A stretch of DNA of 32,000 bases from NCBI RefSeq assembly GCF_008000775.2, contig NZ_CP042905.2, forward strand, positions 1,590,001-1,622,000, in the 5' to 3' direction. The position numbers and the translations under genes were made by a program. The stretch is from Promethearchaeum syntrophicum. Its GTDB lineage: Archaea > Asgardarchaeota > Lokiarchaeia > Sigyniarchaeales > Promethearchaeaceae. The first letter of the stretch is position 1, and every line of letters starts with the position of its first letter. The notes below the pieces were generated by a model that was not told where the DNA came from, searched no databases, and worked only from the letters and a program-made list of their open reading frames with translations. Of this stretch, positions 1-9,543 are shown in pieces.

Positions 1-1
1 T

Positions 2-1171
2 TTCTTTCCACAAGCTGCAGGTACTGGTTTTTCATTTAATCCTTATGTTTGGGATAAAAAAATTGATCCTAAGGCTGGTTTTTTACGGTTAGTTTTTGGA
101 TTAGGAACTCGAGCAGTTGGGCGAACTGATGATGATTTTACTAGATTAGTTACATTAAAATCGGTAAATTTACGAGCGGAACATGGCATTGACGAAATTC
201 GTCAATTTTCTCAAAAATATGTAGATGTTTTAGATTTAAAAGAAAACAAATACGTTACACACCAATTTAAAAATGTGATAGATGATATTGACGGATTCAA
301 ATTAGATTTATATGCGAGTCGAGATGATGAAATTGAACAACGAATGAAGGATCATAATCGAGAGGTCATCCCAACTTGGATTTTAACTTTTGATAAACTC
401 CTAAACAATACAACTTTTGCTGAAGATATGAGTAAAATTCTAGATACATTGCAAGATGCATATCAAATTCCAGTTGATATAGAATATACAGTAAATTTCT
501 TTGAAGATGATTATACTATCAATCTGCTTCAATGTAGACCATGGCAAATAAAATATGAAATTCAAGAGGTTGAAGATCCTGGAAAAATTAAGAAGGAATT
601 AACAGTTTTTAAGAGTAAAGGGCCGATAATAGGGACTTCTGTAGCTACTTCAATAACACGTTTAATTTATGTTGTTCCTGGCGTATATGGAAGTTTAACT
701 ATGCGAGATCGCCATGCTGTAGCGCGATTAGTCGGGCAAATAAATCATCATGACTCATCAACCAAAAAAAATATTTTACTTATTGGTCCCGGAAGATGGG
801 GAACAAGTTCACCCAGCTTAGGAATACCGACAACATTCGCAGAGATAAATAATGTAAATATAATTGGAGAAATTGCTGAAATGCATGAAGGACTTGTTCC
901 TGACATTAGTTTAGGGTCTCATTTTTTTAATAATCTCGTGGAATTAGATATGGTCTACTTTGCGCTGAATCCGGATAAAGAAGAGGATTATTTAGATCGA
1001 GAATTCTTCCAAAAATCTCCAAACCAATTAAAACATCTAGTGCCAAATTCCGACCAGATGGAGGAGGTCATTAAAGTGATAGATTTTCAACATGAGGATG
1101 AATTACTAATAAACCTGAATTCTCTTTCACAACAAGCAATATGTTATTTAAAAAATAAAACAAATGATTAA
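2..1171 (+). CDS. PEP synthase / pyruvate phosphate dikinase N-domain-like protein (5' truncated by window edge)
   Basis: The reading frame stays open upstream of the listed ATG (275) to base 2, encoding FFPQAAGTGFSFNPYVWDKKIDPKAGFLRLVFGLGTRAVGRTDDDFTRLV, typical of the PPDK_N domain. Downstream are INLLQCRPWQ and a C-terminal GPGRWGTSSPSLGIP...SLGSHFFNNLV module. No swivelling phospho-His domain or PEP-binding barrel is present. Confidence 0.8.
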   Translation, partial: FFPQAAGTGFSFNPYVWDKKIDPKAGFLRLVFGLGTRAVGRTDDDFTRLVTLKSVNLRAEHGIDEIRQFSQKYVDVLDLKENKYVTHQFKNVIDDIDGFKLDLYASRDDEIEQRMKDHNREVIPTWILTFDKLLNNTTFAEDMSKILDTLQDAYQIPVDIEYTVNFFEDDYTINLLQCRPWQIKYEIQEVEDPGKIKKELTVFKSKGPIIGTSVATSITRLIYVVPGVYGSLTMRDRHAVARLVGQINHHDSSTKKNILLIGPGRWGTSSPSLGIPTTFAEINNVNIIGEIAEMHEGLVPDISLGSHFFNNLVELDMVYFALNPDKEEDYLDREFFQKSPNQLKHLVPNSDQMEEVIKVIDFQHEDELLINLNSLSQQAICYLKNKTND

Positions 1172-1216
1172 TAAGAAAAAAGTGGATTTTTTTCCACTAC
1201 ATGGGAATTTTAAAAG

Positions 1217-4198
1217 ATGGATGAATTTTCTGTAGATGAATCACAATTTGATTACAAACCCAAATATCGGATCTTTCATAGTTTAATGAAGAATCGAATA
1301 AAGGAGATATTACTGGTTTCAAGTGCATATGATAATTTCATTCTGGAAGAGGATGGGCGATTATCAGATCAGATTTACGCAGAATTTCATGATTTAAATT
1401 TGAGAACAATCCCTCATATCACGCGAGTTTCTTCAGCAAAAGGAGCTTTGGCGCGCCTCAAAGAGAATGAATTTGATTTAGTTGTTACAATGAGGAAGCT
1501 TTTTGATTCAGATCCCTTCGAATTTGGAAAGCAAATCAAAGAAATCCAAGATATTCCAGTTGTATTATTACTAACTAGTCTTTCGGATATTAATTTTATC
1601 CCAGATTTCACCAAATCTAAAGAAGGAATTGATTTAACTTTTTTATGGAATGGTGACAGTGCAATTTTCATTTCCTTAACAAAATTACTCGAAGATCGGA
1701 TGAATATTAAAGAAGATACTGAAAATGGTATGGTACGGGTAATCATCATCATTGAAGATAATATTCGATTTTATTCTGTGTATTTACCCCTTATTTATTC
1801 CGAAATAATGAGACAAATTCAATTGCTAATTCAAGAAGGTGTAAATGATTATTATCGTTTACTCCAAATGAAAGCGCGCCCTAAGATTATACTAACTCAT
1901 ACATACGAAGAAGCTATGAAATTCTATGAAGAATATAAAGAAAACGTTATTGGAATTATTTCTGATATTGAATTCCCCCGGAATAATAAAATAAATAGGA
2001 ATGCAGGGATAGATTTTATAAAAAGTATAAGAAAAGAAGCCCCAACAATCCCCGCAATATTACAATCTGCCAACCTTAAATGTGAAGGAAAAGCTTATGA
2101 GATACAAGCTCATTTTATTTATAAAAAGTCCAAAACGCTTCTAGAAGATATAAGAAAATTCATGGTCCGGTCTATGGGATTTGGAGATTTTATATTTCGA
2201 TTAAATAATGGAGAAGAAGTGGGTAAAGCTTCGAATTTACGTGAATTTAAAGAACAGATAGAAACTGTTCCTGTTGAATCATTATATTATCATGCAACAT
2301 ATGATAATTTTTCTGGTTGGTTGATGGCTCGGGGTGAATTTAGAGTAGCCTCAATTATAAAAGCAAAACATGTTGATGATTATGAAGATGATATAGCAAT
2401 TAGGAAATATTTAGCAGAATCTGTTCAATATTTATTAGTTGAACAAAAGAATATTATCACGGAATTCCGAAGGGTGAACTATAATCCCGACTCCAATTTT
2501 ATCAGATTGCGGCCTGGATCTCTTGGAGGTAAAGGACGTGGGCTTGCTTTTCTAATGTTTCTTCTCAATCCTTATAATATTGCAAGTAATAATTCCGTTG
2601 AGATAAATATCCCTCAAACCATTGCCATCGGAACTGAAGAATTTGATTATTTTATGACAAGTAACAATTTATATGAAATATCTTCCAGTCAAATAGAAGA
2701 AGAAGAATTAATTCAAATTTTTAAGAGAGCAAAATTATCTAAAACTCTGCGAGCAGATTTGAAATTTATTTTGAAGGACTGGAAAAACCATCCTATTGCT
2801 ATCCGGAGCTCTTCCATTGTTGAAGACTCCCAATTTCAGCCCTTTGCAGGTGTTTTCGGAACTTATATGATTTCCAACCAAGATAAAGATATAAATTCCC
2901 GATTAAATCGAGTTTTTGAAGCCATTAAGATGGTTTATGCATCTACATTTTCGAAAGCAGCAAAAGCTAATAGTGAAGCCCTTAATTTACGAATTGATGA
3001 AATTAAAATGGGAGTTATTATTCAAAAAGTTGTTGGGTTAAAATATGAAGCGAGTAATCATTTCTATCCCAATTATTCTGGAACGGCAAGCAGTTTTAAC
3101 TATTATACTGTCGGTAAAATGGAATCTCGGGATGGAAATGCATTTATTGCATTAGGCTTAGGGAGAACTATAGTTAATGGGGGACTTGCGAGAATGTTCT
3201 GCCCTACTTATCCCAAATTAAATATTTATTCCGATGTCCATGAGAGAATACAGCATAGCCAGAAAAATTTTTATGCAATTGATTTATCTAAAAAAGGAAA
3301 ACATATAATAAATGAAGAATCCTACCTTTCAAGGTTAAGTATTGCAGATGCAAAGAAAGATGGAACTTTATACAAAATTGCAGATTCCTATAATAGAAAT
3401 GATAATGTTATACAATCAGGATATTGGGATGAAGCTCATACACACCCAATAATCACTTTCGATCAACAAATTTTATATGATAAATCATTTCCATTACCTA
3501 AAATTATTAAAGATATTTTAGAATTAGGAGAGAAAACCATGGGATGCCCAGTTGAAATTGAATTTGCAGGTAATTTCAGGCAAAACGAAGACGAAAAACA
3601 CTCTTTAAATCTATTGCAAATTAGACCTTCCACTGAGATTCCCATGAAAGAACTCGGAAAATTTGATGATATTGTAAAGGAAGATATTTTAGCTCGTTCC
3701 ATCAATTTTTCAGGAAATGGGATCTATAAAAATATCCAAGATATAGTTTACATCAAGAGTTCTGCCTTTAGCACTCTAAAAACTGTAGAAATGGTTTCTG
3801 AGATTGATGAATTTAATAAAAAGTTAATTACGTGCCAAAAACCCTATCTTTTAATTGTTTTCGGACGTTTAGGCTCTTTTGATAAACATGTTGGGATTCC
3901 AGTAAAAGAATACAATATATCGAACGCTAAGGTAATTATTGAAACTGGAAAAGAAGGTTTTCAAATTGAACAAAGTCTGGGAAGTCACTTCTTTCAAAAT
4001 ATGGTATCAACCAAGACAGGCTTTCTTCATATAAAACATGATTCTGAAAACCAATTTCTTGATTGGAATTGGCTTAAAAAGCAAAAAATCACTGAAGAAA
4101 AACAATTTTTCACTCATGTAGAACTTTCGGATCCCTTAACCATTATTTTAGACGGTAGAAAGAAGATTGCAATTGTTAAAAAACCTGAAATGATTTGA
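1217..4198 (+). CDS. Multidomain protein: two N-terminal response-regulator receiver-like regions plus PPDK_N/PEP-synthase ATP-binding-like domain
   Basis: 993 aa. N-terminal ILLVSSAYDNF...FDLVVTMRKLF...PVVLLLTS and then IIIIEDNIRFY...GIISDIEFP...IPAILQSA are receiver-like. RPGSLGGKGRGLAFLMF, IAIRSSSIVEDSQFQPFAGVFGTYM and LLQIRPSTE are dikinase-type ATP-binding motifs. The C-terminus SLGSHFFQNMV is shared with the preceding gene. Confidence 0.75.
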   Translation: MDEFSVDESQFDYKPKYRIFHSLMKNRIKEILLVSSAYDNFILEEDGRLSDQIYAEFHDLNLRTIPHITRVSSAKGALARLKENEFDLVVTMRKLFDSDPFEFGKQIKEIQDIPVVLLLTSLSDINFIPDFTKSKEGIDLTFLWNGDSAIFISLTKLLEDRMNIKEDTENGMVRVIIIIEDNIRFYSVYLPLIYSEIMRQIQLLIQEGVNDYYRLLQMKARPKIILTHTYEEAMKFYEEYKENVIGIISDIEFPRNNKINRNAGIDFIKSIRKEAPTIPAILQSANLKCEGKAYEIQAHFIYKKSKTLLEDIRKFMVRSMGFGDFIFRLNNGEEVGKASNLREFKEQIETVPVESLYYHATYDNFSGWLMARGEFRVASIIKAKHVDDYEDDIAIRKYLAESVQYLLVEQKNIITEFRRVNYNPDSNFIRLRPGSLGGKGRGLAFLMFLLNPYNIASNNSVEINIPQTIAIGTEEFDYFMTSNNLYEISSSQIEEEELIQIFKRAKLSKTLRADLKFILKDWKNHPIAIRSSSIVEDSQFQPFAGVFGTYMISNQDKDINSRLNRVFEAIKMVYASTFSKAAKANSEALNLRIDEIKMGVIIQKVVGLKYEASNHFYPNYSGTASSFNYYTVGKMESRDGNAFIALGLGRTIVNGGLARMFCPTYPKLNIYSDVHERIQHSQKNFYAIDLSKKGKHIINEESYLSRLSIADAKKDGTLYKIADSYNRNDNVIQSGYWDEAHTHPIITFDQQILYDKSFPLPKIIKDILELGEKTMGCPVEIEFAGNFRQNEDEKHSLNLLQIRPSTEIPMKELGKFDDIVKEDILARSINFSGNGIYKNIQDIVYIKSSAFSTLKTVEMVSEIDEFNKKLITCQKPYLLIVFGRLGSFDKHVGIPVKEYNISNAKVIIETGKEGFQIEQSLGSHFFQNMVSTKTGFLHIKHDSENQFLDWNWLKKQKITEEKQFFTHVELSDPLTIILDGRKKIAIVKKPEMI

Positions 4199-4224
4199 AG
4201 AAGAATAAAAAATACTTTTATCCT

Positions 4225-5847
4225 TTATATCATCTGGACAATAATGTTGAATTGCTTTATTTCAGATTCTCCTTGTTCTTTTCCAAAAGTGGTTAGAACT
4301 ACTTCATCAAGATTTTTAAGGTTAAAATCAGTTAATTTTCTATGTTGCGTGCGACCTCGTTCAAACAATGGATTGAAAATGAATTGCTTTGTTAGTGGAT
4401 TTGTTATAATCCAGTTTACATCATTTATTTTCTTATTAATTTCTCTGATAGCTTTGAAAAGCTCCCCCACAGTGGCATCAATAGGCACAACAACCGTGAT
4501 ATTTTCCTGTCCTTGTCGTGAACCACACCCTACACAGTCTTCACTTCGAGATATTGGAATTTGATCAAACAACCCATAGATGCCGCTGTAATTTAAATAT
4601 GGTGGGTTCATAATGGGTCCGACGGATGTTCCTGCTAGCAAAAATAATAATTTTGTTGCTTCTTGGGATTGGATAGATGCAATAATTGAGCTCACACTTT
4701 GAATTGCGGGGATTTTATTTCCTAAAATATTTTCCATATCTTCCAATGCGAATTCTCCTCCAAAAGTTTCAAAAATATTCTTTTTTAGAATTATTAGTTC
4801 ATTTTCTTCAATTTTTCCTTTCATTTCTGGGGGAATATTTTCGTCTAACACTCGAGCTCTTAGCTGGTCTAATTCTTTCTTGGCATATTCAAGCGTTTCT
4901 TTCATTTCTTCAATATTATCGTAATCAGGTTGGCGATCATATTTTTTGATAAACATTACTTCTCCCCGAATAGCGCAATGCTCCCTTGTTCTGGGAACAC
5001 CTTTCAAGGTACAAGCAGCAACTTGATTTTGGAGTGGAGGTGGAATTGGAACGACACATCTATAACAGGGAGTGCTTTGAAGATATTTTTCATATTTTAT
5101 GTAATTAGTTTCTACTTCCTTTTTAGCGCGCAGTTTCAGTTTTTCAAGAACTGGATTAATATTATTCATCTTGATATTTTCAATTTGTTGTTCGAGTGCC
5201 TCTATTGCTTTCTGAGCTCCAAAAAATTCTCCAAATTCTTCATTATCTTCATCTAGATTCCATAAATATTCATTAGCGAGGTCTTCAATAATTTTATCTT
5301 GATTTCCAAAAGAGAGAGGTTTTCCTGATACATCCTTCGCATTTTCTGGAATTATTACCTGTACGTGCCCATCAAAGCCAACAGTCCCCGCTTCGATCAA
5401 TGGGATCCCTAGCTTGAGGCAGAATTTATTCAAATCCATACGAGCTTGCACATTATCCAACGCAGCAATTACTATTTGACATTCTTTATATTTATCCATA
5501 GGAATTTGCTGCAAGGGGATGGTGAAAATCTCAATTTCCATAAACGGATTCATAAGTTTCAATCGTTCTGCACCTACATCCGCTTTAAACCGCCCTTCAT
5601 CTCCCTTATAGAACAGCATTTGTCGGGAGAGATTACTTGTTTCGATTCTATCCATATCACAGAGAATTAATTTTCCTATACCCGATAATGCCAAATCCTT
5701 CCCAACTTCGCACCCTAATGCTCCAACACCTGCAATAAATACTGTGCTATTTTTAATAACTTCTTGATCCCAGCCCTGAATTAATTTTTGGCGTTTAGTT
5801 CGTTCCTTTTCTTCTTGGGATAAAATTCGTTCATGTTTAATTTCCAT
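4225..5847 (-). CDS. E1-like (ThiF/UBA fold) ubiquitin-activating enzyme homologue
   Basis: 540 aa. Rossmann motif VFIAGVGALGCEVGKDLALSGIGKLILCDMDRIETSNLSRQ; CYRC and CVGC Cys pairs; eukaryote-type catalytic-Cys segment CTLKGVPRTREHCA (compare the CTIxxxPRxPEHC region of UBA3); C-terminal region ENITVVVPIDATVGELFKAI resembles a ubiquitin-fold domain. Confidence 0.85.
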   Translation of the reverse strand: MEIKHERILSQEEKERTKRQKLIQGWDQEVIKNSTVFIAGVGALGCEVGKDLALSGIGKLILCDMDRIETSNLSRQMLFYKGDEGRFKADVGAERLKLMNPFMEIEIFTIPLQQIPMDKYKECQIVIAALDNVQARMDLNKFCLKLGIPLIEAGTVGFDGHVQVIIPENAKDVSGKPLSFGNQDKIIEDLANEYLWNLDEDNEEFGEFFGAQKAIEALEQQIENIKMNNINPVLEKLKLRAKKEVETNYIKYEKYLQSTPCYRCVVPIPPPLQNQVAACTLKGVPRTREHCAIRGEVMFIKKYDRQPDYDNIEEMKETLEYAKKELDQLRARVLDENIPPEMKGKIEENELIILKKNIFETFGGEFALEDMENILGNKIPAIQSVSSIIASIQSQEATKLLFLLAGTSVGPIMNPPYLNYSGIYGLFDQIPISRSEDCVGCGSRQGQENITVVVPIDATVGELFKAIREINKKINDVNWIITNPLTKQFIFNPLFERGRTQHRKLTDFNLKNLDEVVLTTFGKEQGESEIKQFNIIVQMI

Positions 5848-5950
5848 CGCCTTGCCTAAAATATTGGTTTTAGAACTTAAAAAAATTTAAAGGAAAAATT
5901 TTGTTCTCAAAAAAAAACATTTTTATTGATGTAGAAATCAAATATGTACT

Positions 5951-6388
5951 ATGAAAGACGAAATTAAACAAAAAATGATATTAATCTATTATATAAATGG
6001 AATAATATTTGCAACCATTTTCTTCTTTGTGTTTAAAAATATTTTCTTACCAGCCGCTATAGTGGTTTCTGTGTTTATTGCAGTAATTTTTACATCAATG
6101 GGATGGGGTATTTTTTATTTAAACACCTATTTTAAAATTAATCACCACCATCAAAAACCGAATTTATTAATGGTGCTTCTGTCATCGTTTATTTATTTAA
6201 TTCCTGCTGGAATTATATGCTATAACATTTTTACAAAGAAATATTCAAATATTATTGCAAATTTTCAGAAAGGAAATACTAAATATAAGAAGCAGATTAC
6301 CACTAATGGAATAAAATGTCAAAAATGCAATAATTTCAATATAGGGAATGGTAATTTCTGCATTCAATGTGGATATAAATTAAAATAA
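5951..6388 (+). CDS. Small membrane protein with C-terminal zinc ribbon
   Basis: 145 aa. Three hydrophobic segments followed by CQKCNNFNIGNGNFCIQCGYKLK. Confidence 0.6.
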   Translation: MKDEIKQKMILIYYINGIIFATIFFFVFKNIFLPAAIVVSVFIAVIFTSMGWGIFYLNTYFKINHHHQKPNLLMVLLSSFIYLIPAGIICYNIFTKKYSNIIANFQKGNTKYKKQITTNGIKCQKCNNFNIGNGNFCIQCGYKLK

Positions 6389-6436
6389 GAAGTTTTTTAG
6401 AAAGATATTTTTTTTGTTTTAAATTCTATATATTCT

Positions 6437-7039
6437 TTAAAATCCTTGTTCTTTCAGATAATTAAAATTGAATTTATATGCTGAAATAAGTAAATCATTT
6501 GTTAAAACATGAACATTCTTTCCATCTAAAGAACTGATGATGTAAAAATTGGGAATATCTAATCGTTCTGCAAGTTCAATCATTGTTTCCATCGCTCTCT
6601 CTTCACGTTCTGGGGCAATTAAATCAGATTTCGTTGCCACTAACAATAATGGTGAACCCTTTGGGGCATTATCCTTCCAAATTGAAAACCATTCATCTAT
6701 ATAATTTGTAGTAGAGTAGCGAGTAATGTCATATAATAAAAGTCCGCAGACAGATCCTTTGCAGTAGCGAGGTAACATGAACCTGAATCGTTCTTCTCCG
6801 GCAAAATCCCAGATTTGGGCTTGAATTGGAATCTGTGGGACATCATCAGCATATTGGGAAGCAAATGGGTCGAAAATGGATGTCTTTAAAAGATGAAAAT
6901 CGACGCCGATTGTCATCTTCGTCGTCGAATCGAAAGCGCCGGTGATTATCCTTTTAGTAAGAGTGGTTTTTCCAACCCCTCCTTCACCTAAAATACAAAC
7001 TTTTAATACATTCTTTGAATTTCTTGCTCTAGCAACCAA
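6437..7039 (-). CDS. Rab/Ras-superfamily small GTPase
   Basis: G1 GEGGVGKT, G2-region MTIGVDF, G3 WDFAGEERF, G4-like ATKSDL, G5-like SSLDG. Apparent TTG start preceded by GAGGGAGA. No C-terminal prenylation-type Cys. Confidence 0.88.
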   Translation of the reverse strand: MVARARNSKNVLKVCILGEGGVGKTTLTKRIITGAFDSTTKMTIGVDFHLLKTSIFDPFASQYADDVPQIPIQAQIWDFAGEERFRFMLPRYCKGSVCGLLLYDITRYSTTNYIDEWFSIWKDNAPKGSPLLLVATKSDLIAPEREERAMETMIELAERLDIPNFYIISSLDGKNVHVLTNDLLISAYKFNFNYLKEQGF

Positions 7040-7181
7040 AAATTTCTCCCTCTTGCTCTAATACAGATTTTTTTGCTATTTTATTCTCTATTTGATCTGA
7101 TAGATCATTTAATACTACAAATTACTAAAAGTTAGTTAATTGAAAAAGATTTTTAAAGAAAATATAAACAAAATATAATCA

Positions 7182-9485
7182 GTGGAGAATTATAAGAAAC
7201 AAAATAGAAATAAAAATCCTTCAACGTCATCATTATCCCGTAATTATTCTGGATCAGTTGCGTATTTTACGCCCACAGAATTAGTAGATTGTATTCTTAG
7301 CGGGATTGATTTTTTCCTTCTACATATATATAAGAATTCTTCAGGTATTTGTGGAGATAATTTAGAATTCATTGAACCTGCAGCGGGGTTAATGATTTTT
7401 CCCCTCAAATTGATCGAATATGTAAAAAAAAGGACTAAATCTGAAGAATTTAATGCTTGGATTTCAAAAATTTTATTGAAAAATCTTCATGCATTTGAAA
7501 TCAATCCAGAAATCTATAAATCGGCTAATTTTTTATGGAATCAGAAAATTAAAAACTATCTCCATCTAAAATCTGCAAAAGACTTAAAATCCAATCTCTA
7601 TTGCAAATCTTCTATCAAAATAAACGAAAAAGATGATTCACTGATAAGTAAAATACCCTTTAACTCGAATGATATTTTAATTGTCTTTGGAAATCCCCCT
7701 TATGCTGTAAGTAGCCAAGTTAAATCACCTTGGATCCAAGAATTAATCAATGATTACAAAAAAGACCTTAACAGAGAAGGAAAAAAAAAAATATTGGGTC
7801 TTAAGGGGATTCAAGATGATTATGTGAAATTTATTCGAATGGCGCAATGGAAAATTGTAGACCAAAAAAATGCAGGAATTCTTGCATATGTCGTAAATAA
7901 TTATTTTTTGGATGGAGATATCTTTCGTGGTATGCGGGTATCTCTGAAAAATGCATTCGATGAAATTTGGATTATTAATCTTCACGGTGATCCAAAGAAA
8001 AAACAATCTAATAAAGTGGATGAAAATGTTTTTGACATACAAACAGGAATTTGTCTTTTTTTCGCTCTTAAATATACAAATGAAAAAACATCTTCACGTA
8101 ATGAAAAAAACTGTAAAATTTTCTACAGCGAATGTTTTGGCTCAAAAGCAAAAAAATTAAAATTTCTTAAAAAAAATTTTAGAGAAATTTCATTTCAAAG
8201 CGTCCCTGAGCGTGTAGATCATGAATTTATTCCTATATCTCAAGAAAAAATTGAACTTGAACACAAGTACAATGACTTCCCATATATACCCAAAATATTT
8301 AAAAAAAATATAATAGGGGTTCAAAGTTTACATGATAGTCTTATTACTCACCCAGATTATTCGCGTTTGAAGGAAATTATCAACAACTTCTATGATGGGA
8401 CCTATTCTAAATTGGAGTTCAAAGATAAAAAAGGTCAAAAATGGGTTAAACATCTAGGGGTTTCTTACCACGACGCCAGAGATTGGAAAATTGAGTTCGG
8501 GCTGAAAGGTTCGGTAAAAAAAGCCATAGATAATATTATTAAATGGCAATGGCGTGGATTTGATAGATGGTGGGTTTCCTATGATGAACATTTGATCACT
8601 AAAGGATCCAGTAGTTATAGTTTAATGCAATTCTTGCTTCCACATCAAAACAATTTGGCAATTGGGGTATCCCGAGTTTCGCGAAAAGCATCCGGAGAAA
8701 ATAGCGTATTTATTACAAATACCATTGCTGAATCCCATTTCATTGAGGGTGGATCTGGAATTGGAGATTATCTCTTTCCCTTAAAAATAAAAAGTAATCT
8801 TAAGCGAATAAGTGATTGGGAGCGTCCCTTGAATGCTGAGGAATATAATTTTGATCGCGATTTTCTTGAAAATTGGAAAAAACAATTCGCGCTCGATGAG
8901 GAAGATTTGTTTTATTATATTTATGGTATTTTATGGACTCCTGGATACCGAAATCAGTATGGAATGTTCCTAAAAAAAGATTTCCCGCATATACCCTTTA
9001 TTTTTCAACCGAACCAAACAAAAAAAATTGCTGATATCGGACGAGAATTATGTAAATACCATACTCTTTCTTTTTCTTCTTCAAAAGAGATTCGAGATTG
9101 GCCCATAAATTCGAATTTTTTAGAAAAAACCTACAATATTTACAATATATATTATGATCCAGACCAAGAAAGGATATATTTTGAAAATCCCATTAACAAA
9201 ACAAAAAGGAATGAGAAAACCAGAAATAATCACACTTTTTATTCAAGTGAAACTTTCTGGATAGGGAATATTACTCTTGAAATGTGGTCTTTCTCAATTG
9301 GTGGAATTCCCCAACTTCGTTTATGGCTGAAAAATAGACAATTTACTACAGAAATTAAGAAATATTCCTTCAATAGGGGGATTGACAAGGAAGAACTTCA
9401 TCTTTTCCTTAAAATTTGTATATCGATTAAAAAATCCTTAAATCTAGTTAAAAATCTAGATAAATATTATCAAAATCGGTTGTAA
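7182..9485 (+). CDS. N-6 adenine-specific DNA methyltransferase, type ISP-like MTase plus specificity region
   Basis: 767 aa. FIEPAAG motif I, NPPY motif IV, and C-terminal GSGIGDYLFPLK...FYYIYGILWTPGYRNQYGMFLKKDFPHIPF typical of type ISP/class II R-M C-termini. GTG start. Confidence 0.8.
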   Translation: MENYKKQNRNKNPSTSSLSRNYSGSVAYFTPTELVDCILSGIDFFLLHIYKNSSGICGDNLEFIEPAAGLMIFPLKLIEYVKKRTKSEEFNAWISKILLKNLHAFEINPEIYKSANFLWNQKIKNYLHLKSAKDLKSNLYCKSSIKINEKDDSLISKIPFNSNDILIVFGNPPYAVSSQVKSPWIQELINDYKKDLNREGKKKILGLKGIQDDYVKFIRMAQWKIVDQKNAGILAYVVNNYFLDGDIFRGMRVSLKNAFDEIWIINLHGDPKKKQSNKVDENVFDIQTGICLFFALKYTNEKTSSRNEKNCKIFYSECFGSKAKKLKFLKKNFREISFQSVPERVDHEFIPISQEKIELEHKYNDFPYIPKIFKKNIIGVQSLHDSLITHPDYSRLKEIINNFYDGTYSKLEFKDKKGQKWVKHLGVSYHDARDWKIEFGLKGSVKKAIDNIIKWQWRGFDRWWVSYDEHLITKGSSSYSLMQFLLPHQNNLAIGVSRVSRKASGENSVFITNTIAESHFIEGGSGIGDYLFPLKIKSNLKRISDWERPLNAEEYNFDRDFLENWKKQFALDEEDLFYYIYGILWTPGYRNQYGMFLKKDFPHIPFIFQPNQTKKIADIGRELCKYHTLSFSSSKEIRDWPINSNFLEKTYNIYNIYYDPDQERIYFENPINKTKRNEKTRNNHTFYSSETFWIGNITLEMWSFSIGGIPQLRLWLKNRQFTTEIKKYSFNRGIDKEELHLFLKICISIKKSLNLVKNLDKYYQNRL

Positions 9486-9543
9486 ACTATTATAAATTCA
9501 TAGAGTATTAAACTATGAGGGATATGATAGCGACCTATAGTTC

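Noticed and set aside
1414-1752. Minus-strand ORF of 112 aa
   Set aside because: Fully antisense within the strongly supported 993-aa dikinase-like CDS; low-complexity composition.
4244-5670. Plus-strand ORFs 4244..4564, 4686..4949, 4930..5256, 5446..5670
   Set aside because: All are antisense to the E1-like gene, with no recognisable motifs; shadow ORFs.
7743-8160. ORFs 7743..8042 (-) and 7951..8160 (+)
   Set aside because: Nested inside the methyltransferase reading frame in other frames; no motif support.
7040-9543. Defence island around the methyltransferase
   Set aside because: No nuclease, helicase, toxin or phage-resistance gene flanks it; neighbours are housekeeping-type genes.
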